A stretch of 64,000 nt of DNA from Psilocybe cubensis (GCA_017499595.2 CM039004.1:248001-312000), one strand, 5' to 3'. Shown: positions 14,185 to 27,062, numbered from the stretch's first letter. Numbers and translations are program-made. Notes: generated from the letters alone by a model not told the origin.

Positions 14185-14400
14185 GTATATCAAGCGGCGG
14201 AGGAATGCGGGAGGCTCAGTTGAAACTATATGTCTTGTTGGCAATGGCGGGTCGAAATTGGAAGATGTATCGTCGACTGTTAGTGAGCTCGAGGAATTTT
14301 TGGGAGTCGCAGTCATATGGGAGGGCCCTATTTCAGACGAAGAAGACGATGAAGAAGAAACTGATGAGGACGACGACGACAATCAGGAGAATAGAGTATG
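14185..14400 (+). pseudogene. Duplicated 3' fragment of the F-box-like gene at 40382-42094
   Basis: Near-identical to 41878-42092 (RRRNAGGSVETICLVGNGGSKLEDVSSTV...DDNQENRV); lacks the rest of the gene. Confidence 0.9.
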
Positions 14401-15256
14401 GAAAGGGATGTACAATTATTGAAGGACAACCTCATCAGATCAGGTCCTTTAACGTGCTGCTTGTTTGTGTCAGTCATTCCCAAGTCATACAGCAAGCTTT
14501 AATTGTATGCGAGCTCTGAAGCATCGGAGGGTCAGCCAGCTAATAAATAGGCAGCTCGGTAACTTCGTTTCGGAAGGGTTCCTATGCCAACAGAAAGCAA
14601 CACAGGGTGGGGAAAAAATGAGAAAATTCAGAGCGTAAGTCCGAATGGCACGCGACTTCAGACTCTGTCTCCGATTGGAGAGGGTATTTTGTACATGTAT
14701 ATTTTGATTCATAAATAGGGTAATTTGGAGGTCACGGTGTCGGTCTTCAAACGCGCGCGTCAAGATCCAAAATTTCGTGAGATTTAGCTCGAGGTTGGGG
14801 ATGTCTAATGCTACACTTCACATAGAGTATATCTCAAAAAGAAAGTGATTGCAAGTTATAAAAGAAAGCTATTTATTGCGTACTAATTTGATCACAATAC
14901 TACCAAAACACGTCTATCCGACTATATTTTTTCTCGAAGAGGCCTATTATAGAGCTCTCGAGCCATCGCGGACGGTGTGCGCGGAATTCCCACGCACCCA
15001 GCCATCGATATCGCGGTAGTATAAGCCGGAAGAAAAAAGGTGAGCGCTGACGCATCACCTTTGTCCACCGGCTCGACCCTCGATGACTCCCTCGTTCCCT
15101 ACAGTCGCTGCAGCCCGCGGTGAAGCACATCTCGCACCTGTGAAAAGTGTCAAGGTACTTGTCAGATTGTTTACTTGTGAGGGAACAGAACACTTACGGT
15201 ATAGATTTTGATCTTATCTTCGGCTTGTGAGTCGTGTACCCACCACCATCGTCAAT

Positions 15257-16649
15257 CTAGCTGCTAGCTAGATTGACGAACCGGAACCCTTTGTCCTTCC
15301 TCCTCTTGCGTTCACGTGTGACGCTGACACCAAGGCCCCCCATACAACTGGGGACGTGGCCTTGTACCTGGGAGGTGCTTGGAGTCGGCTGCTCCGGTGC
15401 AATGGACTCGTCCGTCCATGTACCTGCGTAGGTATGTGGTACTTCCTCTTCGATGGATTCATATGCCCCGGGTAGCCACTCCGAGGCATTGTTCTGGCCA
15501 TATAGACCGCTGTGGGAAACGTCTCGTCAGAATCCTTCATTCTAAAGGACAAAAAATTTCAATGACCACATACCTCTGGAACACGCTGCTTTGTATGTTG
15601 AAAATTCTGGTCAATATCTACTGCTGGAGAAGGGGCAGGTATACATACCTTCCATGTGCGTTTCGCTCACTGTGATCGTGCTCGACAGGGTGATACCCGG
15701 AGCATGGATCCTCGACAGTTTGTTGTTCGCCTGTGGATGTGGGATTGTTACCTAAACCTTCTCCAAAAGTATTTGAGACTACATTCAAGAGAAGCATAGT
15801 AGGAATCATCAGTCCGCAAGCCCAAAACCACTGTATTTTAGGACGTACAGGTCTGGTAATTGTTTTCATGCTGATTACCTGGGGACACCTGTGTCAAGCC
15901 CAAATTTTCGTTTGTGGCGGGGAACGCCAAAGCTTCCATAAAGGAAGACGGATAGTCGCCCCTAAATATTGGGGCGCGGGTCGTTGACGATGAGTCTTGT
16001 GGCCAAGTGTCCCACCCAGATTCAGTGTGTGTCGGGGGGGACGCATGGGTGCTCGCTGACAAGTGTGATCAGTTATGTGCATAAATAACAATGAAATTCT
16101 TGTGAAACCGGCTCACTTTGCAAATTATCCTGCGCCAGCAACTCTTCTTCCGTGTAGGGAAAAGAAGGGTACCATGGATGGAAAAACTGTATCTCCTCTT
16201 CCGTCGCAGGATGTAATGAGGAGTTATTCGTAGATGATGTGGATGGCGGTGGATATGATGCTACAATAGGTGTTCTGTTTAATTGGACATATCTTGCTAC
16301 TGTGTGCAATTCAAAGACTTACAGTAAAGTTCGGTAGTGTTGGAGTTTTCACCATCAAAACCTAACGACGACAAGGACAACGGTATATGGGAGGCGGAAG
16401 ATACTTCCACCGTACTTGGACCACATTGGAATTCAGGTAGATATCCATTACCGCTGCCAGGTTCCTGTGCCAGATGTTGTCCCAAGATTGATTCAGATGT
16501 TACTATGGCATGAAGAATTGATCAACATCAAGCATTTGTCCCTCAAATCGTCCGCGATACTCACACTCCGATTCAAACATGGAGGAGAAGTATCCAGGCA
16601 GGAAGGTGTTGGAAGGGATGACAAAGGATTCTTCTTGGTACTGGGCCAT
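15257..16649 (-). CDS. Orphan spliced gene, copy A (acidic S/P-rich protein with basic C-terminal RERKRRKDKGFRFVN)
   Basis: Manual splicing with GT-AG introns keeps one open frame: MAQYQEESFVIPSNTFLPGYFSSMFESE...YPSFPYTEEELL...ESGWDTWPQDS...VFQSGLYGQNNASEWLPGAYE...MGGLGVSVTRERKRRKDKGFRFVNLASS*. Synonymous differences versus copy C in the last exon (GTC/GTT, GGG/GGC, TTC/TTT) support this frame. Confidence 0.7.
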
Positions 16650-17975
16650 TGGGATAAGCGCAAAGGAGGATGGTGCGATAGGGAAGAGAGAGAACGGTGT
16701 GAGCAGGGAGGGAACAGAATTTTTCCCTCAAAACATAGGAATCGAGTGGCGACACACACAAAAAATCCCAGGCTCATTAACCAGTGCCGAGTCTCGATCT
16801 TCTGACTCACTATTCTGTCGTGTATCAGCGCTGCAACTGTCAAAATCAACTTTTCTCCCACACATACACACAATGAGGCAATGTAACTCCTCTCATTTTC
16901 CGCCACTCGGATTTGGGACACCACAATGGAACCTCATGGCAGGCAACACAGTCCTTCTTTTAACCTCGTGGCCGAGTGACCTGTCTGTTATCTATTGGGC
17001 TTCGACATTTCTTGCCAACAGATTGTGTGTATAACAAATAAAATACAGGAAGTGTTATTACATCGCAACTGTGTATCCTAGGTATGTCGAGTCCCATCGA
17101 TTGCTATCGCAAGTGCTCAGGCACTATGCCTAAACGAGAAGAAGAACATTTCTTCTCGGCAATAGCGCCCCATTGTTCTTCTCTCATGTGTGAAAAAAAG
17201 ACCGGTACAGGATCACCATCACAAGAATCTGTTACCGACTGTGTTCTTACCCGCTGAAAGGTGCTAAAATCTTTTTGGACGATGTAACTCTGTATCACTG
17301 TGTCTACGGAAAGAAAACCTTGTAGAAAGCGTACCACAACACAACCTCACAGGCTAGATGACTCCTTCGTATCAGATTTCTCGGGTTGACACGGGTATCA
17401 GGTGTCAGACGGGGTTTATAAGAACGTCATACAGGATGTTCGTTGAAAAGACACACCTTTTGCGTGCCAGTCAGTATATAAAAGCTGTGTCAACAGCTTG
17501 ACAATTTCTTCATACTAAGTTTAAACATAGATTGGATGCCGTCATTTGGATTCACACATGTGCGTCTATCAAATATTCAGAGCGTGGCTTTCTTCACGGG
17601 ATCGCGAGTGCTACTACACTCACATCCACTCCATTGGAACCAGGATATCCAGATACCCCTGTTTTTCACAAGTGTTCTCATACTGCCGATGTATCCATGA
17701 TGTTCAATAATTCACATTCATGCCGGTCAACCTACGATTTTCATTTTCACCGCCACCCAGCTGGCCTCTGTGCTATTAATACCACACACGACTCCGTTTG
17801 ATGCATCCTACCGCTATAGTTTAGGCGTCGTGATGCCCCTCGGAGCCTCTGTGCGCGTGAGGAATTGCGAGACACCATAGCCTTGCCTGAACGTGTGCAA
17901 TGCCGCCTAACACGATACTTTCGAGTCGGCCGGCATATCTAGCCGAAGGCCGTTCTGGCTGTACTTCCATAATAC

Positions 17976-19294
17976 CACGTCGGGATATTCAGAATATGCA
18001 GTTCCCACGAAGTGGGTAATCGAACGTTACAAAATATTTGAAATATAATAAGGTTTTAAATGATGCAACACGCTATAAATACAAGAGAAATACATATGTT
18101 AACTAAGATTGTAGTTACATGGCAACATCCAAATCTTTAAAGAATGTTGTGATAAATTTTATACATAAAGTACATTTCAAGAATGACTTGTATATTAAAT
18201 CTAAATCATCCTCTTTGAGACCAAGATATTTTATATCAAAGTTGTCCTTGAAAGGAACTTTGTATTTCAAATCCATTGTAACTTTTGAATGCCTTGTGAA
18301 TGTCGAAAAAAATTTAAAGTACAAAGGTCCTTTGTGGGCTCGCTTAGACATAGCATGTTTTGCACCATCTGTTGTTCATAGACATTTGAAATACAATACT
18401 CCCTTACATACTGCCACATATATTGAGTTTGTTACTACTTACAAAGGTCCTTTATATTTTAAATATACAGGAACCTAATATCAGTACTTTGTATGTTATA
18501 ACATATTTCAAATATGTTGTTCCAATATATTCTGCACCCGCTCATTGCCCATTGAGTGCCCAACAGTCGCCCACTATAACAGCCACTGGGTGCCCACCTA
18601 GATCTCTTTTGCGGGCATTGAACATGTTTACTGAATTGATGCCTGCAAAATGGTGTTCAATGCCAGATGTAGGTGGGCACGCAGTGGCTGTTATAGTGGG
18701 CAACTGTTGGGCACTCAATGGGCGATGAGCGGGCACAGAATATATTGGAACAACATATTTGAGATATGTTATAACATACAAAGTACTGATATTAGGTTCC
18801 TGTATATTTAAAATATAAAGGACCTTTGTAAGTAGTAACAAACTCAATATATGTGGCAGCATGTAAGGGAGTATTGTATTTCAAATGTCTATGAACAACA
18901 GATGGTGCAAAACATGCTATGTCTAAGCGAGCCCACAAAGGACCTTTGTACTTTAAATTTTTTTCGATATTCACGAGGCATTCAAAAGTTACAATGGATT
19001 TGAAATACAAAGTTCCTTTCAAGGACAACTTTGATATAAAATATCTTAGTCTCAAAGAGGATGATTCAGATTTAATATACAAGTCATTCTTGAAATGTAC
19101 TTTATGTATAAAATTTATCACAACATTCTTTAAAGATTTGGATGTTGCCATGTAACTACAATCTTAGTTAACATATGTATTTCTTTTGTATTTCAAGCGT
19201 GTTGCATCATTTAAAACCTTATTATATTTCAAATATTTTGTAACGTTCGATTACCCACTTCGTGGAAACTGCATATTCTGAATATCCCGATGTG
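17976..19294. mobile_element. 1319-bp foldback (palindromic) non-autonomous element, CACTA/CMC-like ends
   Basis: About 630-bp inverted arms (17976-18605 / 18665-19294) with few mismatches; termini CACGTCGGG...CCCGATGTG; 3-bp TSD TAC (17973-17975, 19295-19297); empty site ATAATACAATTTTGG in copy D near 54182. Confidence 0.92.
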
Positions 19295-19549
19295 TACACG
19301 TTTGGTTCTCAGCACGGGTTGTTCCGATTCGCATGCTTTTGGTGGCTCAACCGCTGTTGGACAACACAAGTCCCCCTTCAGACGCGTCGACATTCATTTT
19401 GAGGGGTGTTGTGAGGCCATACATGCTCATGGTAAGTCTTAGCACTCGTTCTCGTTGTACAAATTATGACCTTTCTATACAGACCAACGACAATGTTAGC
19501 CGCATCTTCAGGCCTTACAGTCATTTTTATTGATAATACCGTTGTATTG

Positions 19550-20380
19550 TAGTGCCAATTGTCATCAATAAACAACTGTTACTACCGTCCATTGACAAGC
19601 AGCACATATCTTTTGCAACTCTGCTGGTCTGCATACGGAAGCAGCGTAGACTGTCAATCAATTCCTGATGGACAATGTCTTAGGCCTACACAAGGAAGAG
19701 GCATTCGTTCAAGTTGTCCATCACCTCCTGATGGACAATTTTTAAATGACCTCCTGTAGGGTATCTTGTTTGTAAAAAAAAATTGTGGCATCGCCTGAAA
19801 TTGTCCATCATCCCACTATTACACGTGGCTTGTATAGAGCTTACTGTATGCAGTATGATTCCTTATTGTCAATCAATATTCTTCATGAAGCCAGGTATTG
19901 CCATTGTCAATCATCCTTTGGGTATTGAAATCTTTGTAGTTTGTCCATAGTCCTTATACACAATGTACTGCATCTTTGTCCATCAATGCTCAGTGAGGTT
20001 CAGTTTGTTTGATTATTCAACGCACAACATCAATTTGTCAATCACACCAGCAGCGTATAATGGTCCATGTTCCCTTCCTCTCTCCTGGCCTGTTGTCCAT
20101 CATTGGGCATATTGATGCCTAAATTTATTCTTCAGTGGTCTGTATAGCTTGTAGAACTGCAGTAAATCTTGTACATCACTCCACAGCACATTTTTGGCGC
20201 ATACCCCCGTCCATTCAATTGTCGATCAGGCTGTGCTATTTATATCTGACTTGTCAATAATTTAGCGCCGTTTAAAGCTGCAAGCGCTATTGTCAATCAT
20301 AACGGATTACCGGCTTGAACGCTACTTGTATCATTTGTCAATCAAGCGCTATTTATTACTTGTTCATCCTTGGATACATG
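19550..20380 (+). repeat. Left subterminal array of the TTGTC(C/A)ATC motif
   Basis: Copies near 19714, 19801, 19866, 19904, 19976, 20035, 20093, 20290, 20335 plus variants; two inverted copies near 19667 and 19730. Confidence 0.8.
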
Positions 20381-20971
20381 GCCTGCTTTCTATAAGAGCC
20401 CGCAGTCGAGGTTAGGGGATGCCTTCATCATCATGAATCTTCGCTCAAGCACCAGTATGTTTTTGATTTTTGTTCTCTCCGAGTGCATCCTAACCAGCAC
20501 GGTGCTTGAACTATAGGGAGGTTGTCTGCTAAACCAATTGGCATATTGATACCGCCTTTTCCAGATGATGGCATTCTGTACTTGAGTCACAGGCAAATAG
20601 AGTATGTATTTTCTGAGTTCTCCCCAACAGTTATATATCTCTCATGCATACGACTAGACAAATTGCTTTGATATGTATTCAAGAACAAATCAGGACTGGT
20701 CAGCTTAAAATCAACGACAAATTAGATTCAACAAGTCCGGATGAGGACACTCTGGGCCCGGCCAAAAGCTGTGAAACGTAGATTTGATTAGTAATTGGCA
20801 ATTGTTTGCTCTCATACAATGAACACATCAACGTTTTTGAATCCTTCTGAAATGTCCATCAGCAAGATAAAGCTTTTGTAACCAAGACAACCAACCTATC
20901 CTTATTCGATCTCAAGTTCAGACCCACATACTCTGTTACATTTCCGATCCATCCTTCAGAATTTCCAAGCC

Positions 20972-23900
20972 ATGGGACGACGACGCAAACAGAAGAGTTT
21001 TCAAGTAGATGAATATGAATCGCCAGACGAGAAAATGGTCAAAGAGGCATTGAAGGGTGACGTGCACACAGACTATCTAGGGAGAAAACAGCAAACAGTT
21101 CGTCTTTCTTTGCCTGTTGGAGTTGACCCCAAACCTTTCCCTCCATTGATGTCCAATGACTCCCCAACACCAACCCTTGATTGGGTGTTGCAAAATGAAA
21201 CTCCATTTCGTGTGTTTGATGGTGATATTGAAATACAAGAAATGGAGGACTGTGAGCTGGAAGCTTTGGGGATAATTAAATATTTTCGACGCACAGAAGT
21301 CCAATCCGAGCAATCAGATATGACTGAAAATTCTCAAAAAAAAAGGAAAACCCATTTGGTGAAGTTGATCCTACTTATCAGTATCACCTTTGTCTTTCAT
21401 ACTCCCCATGTGACGTGTTCTAACTTTCAGACGCATCCAATTCATTTCTGGACCCCACACATTGACTCCTACGTTGACGAGCTGCTACGATTAGAGGCTC
21501 CCGCTGGACCCTTGGACCGGTGCAGCAATACATCATGCCGTGCTTTATTAGATGGTGCTTCGTTTCGCTGTAGAGATTGCTGGGGTGGAGTTCTGTTGTG
21601 CACGGATTGTATAGTATCATTGCACAAGCAGAATCCGCTCCACAGAATAGAGGTTTTTCTATCTACATTTCGCAGTAATCTGGTTACTTACTCATTATTT
21701 ATCTCAGCATTGGACCGGTACATATTTCAGAAGAATATCTTCAAAATCGCTGGGTCTCCGCATTCAACTTGGCCATGGTAACGGTATCTGCGAGGTCCCC
21801 ATTCCTGCGTTCAATGATAGCTTTGTGATAATATCAGTGAATGGGATTCACGAGGTGGCTCTGGATTACTGTGGATGTACCATGGCGCAATCAAGACCCA
21901 CTCAACTTCTCCGTGCACGTCTATTCCCCTCTACAGTCAGCGACCCCAAAACAGCCGCGACCTTCGAAGTTCTCGAATACTTCCAAATGCTTTCATTCAA
22001 TACCAAGTCGTCTGGTTTTGAATTTTATCAAACATTATCAAGGTTGACGGATAACACAGGAACAAAATCACCTCCGGTAAGTTCTGTGTACCGATGATAA
22101 TTTACAATGGTGCTAATTCTTTTCAGGATCGCTACCCTGTCTTTATGCGTATTGTCAGAGAATGGAGGCATGTTAGGTTGCTTAAGCGCATGGGGCGTGG
22201 CCATGCAGAATCGGGTGTTCAAGGGACAAAAGAAGGCGAATGTGCTGTTTTGTGCCCCGCGTGCCCTCATCCGGGTATCAATATTCCCGAAGACTGGAAA
22301 GAGCGCCCAGAGTCTGAGCAGTGAGTGTTTATAGCTTTTGTCTATCCCTGACTTGAATTTACACTCTTATAGATGGATTTACTCGTTATTTGTTGGAATT
22401 GATGCAAATTTTCAACTTAAGAGAATGAATGTATCAAATGACAATCGAGATCCCCCTTTAAACCATGGCTATGCTTACATGGTTGAAGGTAGGAAGTTCA
22501 GAGAATACTTGAATATTTATGATTCGAAGATACCCGATGAGAAAAGTAATTGCAATAATCACGACGCCATCAAATCTGCAAGCATTCGAGGTGGCAAGGG
22601 AGCAGCTGCCAGTGGGTTAGGCACTGTTGAATGCAGTCGGCACGATATGAAGCGTCCGGTATCAGTTGGAGACCTTCAAAAGGGCGAAAGGTATGTACTT
22701 GGTCAACTGTAGAAGTTATCCATCAATCTCTTACCATCTTGTCACATTGTCCATCACTCTTGCTCACAATCACAAACTGCGGAATATTTAGATATGTTAA
22801 TATGGATTACTTTTTTCTGTCAAGCATAGCGTTCATCCTTCTCCATCGCTTGGTCGTATCTTATGACATTGCTTGCCAGTGGTGGTGTAATCTGATGAAA
22901 CGGTGTTTGGTATATCCATCAAACTCTCTTTCAACTCTAAATCTAGACATCGTGTACTTGGTACCAAAGTTTCACCTTCCAGCGCATATCCCAAAGTGTC
23001 AAACCTCCTTCTTGTTCAATTTGACTCCTCGAGTTGGCCGCACAGATGGCGAGTCTCCTGAACGTGGTTGGTCATCAGCAAATGGAGTTGCCAGTAGCAC
23101 GAAGGAGATGGGGCCTGGATCTCGGAGCGATACCCTGGACGACCATTTTGGGGATTATAACTGGCGCAAAATCATTGGAATAGGTAGACAACTCACTTTG
23201 TTTTTCTGAAGTATCTCATACTTCAATTTATAGCCGAAACATTTGTACGCAAGGCAAAAGAAGCCATTGCCGCTCGGGAGGAACACGTCGAGGCTTTCAT
23301 TGAATTTGATGCTGCTTTACCTGTAGAAGCTACTACGGAGTGGACCCGGCTATGTCAGGCGTGGGAGCAGGATCCTAGCCAGATAAACCCGTATGTCATC
23401 CCAAAAGCAAAGGGGAAAGGTGGTAAGTAATCAAAAACGGTTCTAGAGTTCTTTGATATTCAACCCCAATTGATAGCCACCGTAACCGAAAGGGACGTAC
23501 GACTAAAGCTTGCTGCTGAGGATGCGGCCTCTCTGGCCAGAGGAGACACCGTACAACTGCACGATGATATTAGCCCAAGCCTCCTTATATATCAGGGACT
23601 CCAATTTGAGGAACTTCAGTATGTTTTGGTTGTCTATGACGAGCCTAAGTCATTTACTAATTAATCTTCAAGGCACCGTATTGCACATGATAGCTCCAAA
23701 CTCGGACTTCATGCCACTAGTTTACAACAGTCAAAGGTATTGGAGCGGTCTAATTCCCTTAGACGTCGCATAGATGCATGGATATCTGTCCAGCATTTAT
23801 ACATGCCTGTTGTAGCTTCGCTCCGCTCGCGTGATGATGCGGGAGCTACAGATCCAGTTGCTGTACAGGATATGAAACTTTTTCTCCCCTCTTTCAACAC

Positions 23901-24723
23901 CAATACTCTTCAATGTTCACATTTGTTACTCAAATGTGAGTGGGAGTATCGATACGCACAAGCCGACGAAACTCCAACATCACTCCGGGCACTTTTGTTG
24001 CTGCGGTCGCACATGTACAAGTCAAAATACCGTCATTTTCGTGGCCAACGTATGCAAACTCGAAGTCAGAAGCTACTGTCAGATGTCCAAGATAAAATCA
24101 ATTATTTGGTGAAGACATATAGGAGGATATATACAGCATTGGAAAACCTGTCTCCGAGTCTCATCGAAACCTCGTGGCGCACTGTTTATCGCCTCCTTCT
24201 AGACGAAGACGTTGCTGGTCTGACATCAATGGACGATTTTGGTAGCGAGGGCAGGAAGCAATTGTCGTGGATTTGGAAAGTCCAAGGAACTGGTGCTGAC
24301 GCTGATGCATGCACCCAAGCAGGTATGCAGATCACAGGCTGCAAGAGTACAATCACTTAATTTTGCCGTCTTTTTTCAGCTTTACGTGTGGAGTGGTGTA
24401 AGTCGCGTGCAAGGGCTCATCGTTGGCAAGAGGAGTGTATTTTGCTTGCTGAAGAAATGTGCCGGGTCTTAGCCTATTTTGAATGGCAACAAAATCAATG
24501 GAGAAATCGCGCGGTGGCAGTCCTAGCGCAATACAATGCCAGTGCTGAGTCCGTCATACCAATGCAGCAGGAACTTTGCAACGGAAAAGTCGCTTACGCA
24601 CATCGACAACAATCAATCTGTGGAGATATTATGCGGCGTTGCCAGAACAAATGGCAGGGTCTTTCGCAGTCGCTAACACAGATGGAAGGGCGGAACGCAT
24701 GGGTTATGATAGAGTGTCACTAA
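20972..24723 (+). CDS. CxC2-KDZ (Kyakuja-Dileera-Zisupton) transposase, multi-exon, apparently open
   Basis: FRCRDC...CTDCIVSLH..PLHRIE-HWTGTYF...LGLRIQLGH, NGIHEVALDYCGC, PKTAATF, CAVLCPACPHPGIN, GIDANFQLKR, CNNHDA, CSRHD...DLQKGERYVNMDY, SYDIACQW, VPKFHLPAH, GRTDGESPERGW, EMGPGSRSDTLDDHFGDYNWRK, LSWIW, EWCKSRARAHRWQEE. These match the known CxC2 and KDZ motif series, with candidate D-D-E residues present. Confidence 0.95.
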
Positions 24724-24927
24724 TGTGTATAGTCTCTCTGCGCTAAGGCATTAATAATTAACAGTTCTGCAATGATTGAGAGTTCTCTGGACATAGTGCT
24801 CAGTATTCAAGTCCCAAGACAATTTATTTTTCAAGTTACAGAGGGACAACAACAAAAAATACGACATATAGAACATGCAAGAATAGATAAGTAAAATGAA
24901 AAACATGTTATAACGTTAAGGTGTTGA

Positions 24928-25859
24928 CTATATCTGGAGGGGCGCGCAGTCTGAAGGAGCGTCTTGGAGTGCAGCACCATCCGTTTCATCAGAGGCGGGG
25001 TCGGAAGCGGTGGTATCTGAGGTATACAAGTTTCGGAGGGGGGATGGAATGAGTTTTCCAGAACAATGCCTAAATGCGGGCTTGATATTTGGCAACTGCA
25101 ATCTGACAATCTTAGACAGGGCGTAAGTAAAGATTAAATCTCTGATAACAAGACATACCATTCTTTGCTGACTTTCTGTAGCAAATTCCGCCAAGAGCTG
25201 TGCATGTTTGAGCATCTCCGCGTCCTTCTGGAGCTGAGAGACCTTCTTACGTTGGGCCGCAAGGTAGCTTTGTGCTTGAACTTGGCGTTCTTTGACTTCC
25301 TCTTGTTGTTTAGCTTTCTCTTTCTCAGCATTCATTTCTTCTTCATGACGACGAAGGGTTTCTTTGCAAAAATCATTCCAGTGTATGGTGGCAGGCTCAC
25401 GCTAGACCCCAGCAAAACATAATTCGATAAAAATTCTCTATTGAAACTTTTAGAGAAACCAAGACAGATTAGAAAGTTACAAGATACGCACCCGACGAGT
25501 GGTTCGCCTGCGATCAGCGACAGCTTCCAGGTCATCCTTGTCTTTTGGTATCTCTGGCCACAGGGTGAACCACACAGCGTAGAAACGGTCGAGGAAAGCA
25601 TTCTTCTCCCCAAGCTTCCACGCTTGAAGGTAATAGGGACCAGCCTCCTCAGCGAGCTTGAATTGTGCGGCCGCAACAGCGCGTGATATCATCTTGCGAC
25701 GAGGTTGGATAGTGACAGGCTTCAAAAAACACGTTAGAAGTGAATCAATATTGTCGGTCGTAACTCGATACTTACTGGGTATGGGTGTAACACCCTAGAC
25801 TGAAGTGAGTCGTCCCTCTTCGTGGCTTTACTCATCTTGACATTGCGTGTTTTTGGCAT
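24928..25859 (-). CDS. Transposon cargo gene 2, hypothetical helical/coiled-coil protein; probable premature stop
   Basis: Exons MPKTRNVKMSK...HPYP / ...FLDRFYAVWFTLWPE...RRRTTRR / RIFIELCFAGV*REPATIHWNDFCKETLRRHEEEMNAEKEK...; in-frame TAG at 25402-25404 under this splice model. Confidence 0.55.
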
Positions 25860-26375
25860 TGTGAGGCAGTTGTGATGGAAGTAAACAGAAGGAGCAGCCA
25901 CTCGAGGTTGCATGGATTACAGTGTAAAGAGGCCCGTGTACAAGGTTCGTACTCCTCTTGAAGTCCATTTTGATGGACAATCGTGAAAGGAATGGCAGGG
26001 ATTGCCTGTGCTTCTTGAAGAAATATCTATTGGCACTTCAGCAGTTGATGGACAATTGTTGAAGGCCATAGATAAGTCAAGCGCACATGTACATCAACAA
26101 CATAGTTCGGGTATTCGGAAACCCGACCCGGTCTATACCTTTGTGGGAAGGTCGGCTGAAACATATAATAACATAGAAATGGCATAGACAATTACACAGA
26201 CTATGTATGGATTCTTTAAAGCCATATTTGGAATCAGAATAATAACCCCTTTGGAAAGATACCAATTTGAATACAGGTTTCTACACTGGCTAGTAAAAGT
26301 TAGAAGAATCCGTGGTTCAGCCACAACTCAACTATGTTTCATAGTGCAACGCATACTTTGCCTTATACCATCACT

Positions 26376-27062
26376 ATGGGTAGACCCAAAAAGTACAAAA
26401 CCGACGAAGAACTAAAAGCTGCAAATCGTGCCAAAGCCAAACGTCATTATTATAAGTAAGTTTACTCTGCCAGACAGATATACTACATCATATTGGTATT
26501 CAACTGTTTTCTTAACAATACAGAGAGCGAGGCAAGATTTTGATGGAAAGGCGTGAGGCATATCAAGAACACCACCCAAACCCGTACGTTGGATATATTC
26601 ATATAGAGCTATTAATCTACTAAAGACATCTACCTAAGCGCTGATATTCCAGAGAAAAGAGGAAGCGTTGTACGCCATACAGAATTACAGAAACCAGAAC
26701 CCCTCGGGGTGTGGATGGAACAATGTTGGAGACTCCAGCGACGATTTTGGCGCTTCATCGGAGAAGATCAGAAATCATTTTTGGATACCATATGCCAGAA
26801 GTTCATAGACACCAAAGACGATACGGAAATCGAAGAGCATCTTGCCACATTACACAACTTTGAGACGTCTATTCAGCGTTATAAGGGGAAGATTCTTCAG
26901 ATAGCAGGAGTAGGAAAGCCGCTCGTCCAGGTTCAAGAGATAGAGAGGCAGATTCATATGTTGATATGTTACTTACAGAACATACTATGCTTTACTCTCT
27001 TTGACCACTCTGGCTTCCAAAAAGTGTTTACTTTTTGCCAGTTTGACTATCAAAAGGTGTAA
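26376..27062 (+). CDS. Transposon cargo gene 3, small protein with basic N-terminus
   Basis: MGRPKKYKTDEELKAANRAKAKRHYYK, introns, then PEPLGVWMEQCW...ILQIAGVGK...LICYLQNILC...DYQKV*. Confidence 0.7.

Noticed and set aside
14900-15256. Stop-codon readthrough of the orphan gene into a CEMC...CSDC zinc-finger-like exon
   Set aside because: In frame only in copy A; copy C is one base shorter and copy D has an extra TAA, so it is not conserved.
15268-15552. ORF-track frame MKDSDETFPTAVYM... as the last exon of the orphan gene
   Set aside because: Branch site and acceptor position, plus synonymous substitutions between copies, favour the alternative frame ending RERKRRKDKGFRFVN.
18115-19155. Mirror-image ORF pairs (119 aa, 78 aa, about 100 aa)
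   Set aside because: Products of the palindromic element; AT-rich, with no recognisable protein features.
19550-20380. CRISPR-like repeat array
   Set aside because: Repeats are only 9 bp and irregularly spaced, in a eukaryotic context with no cas genes.
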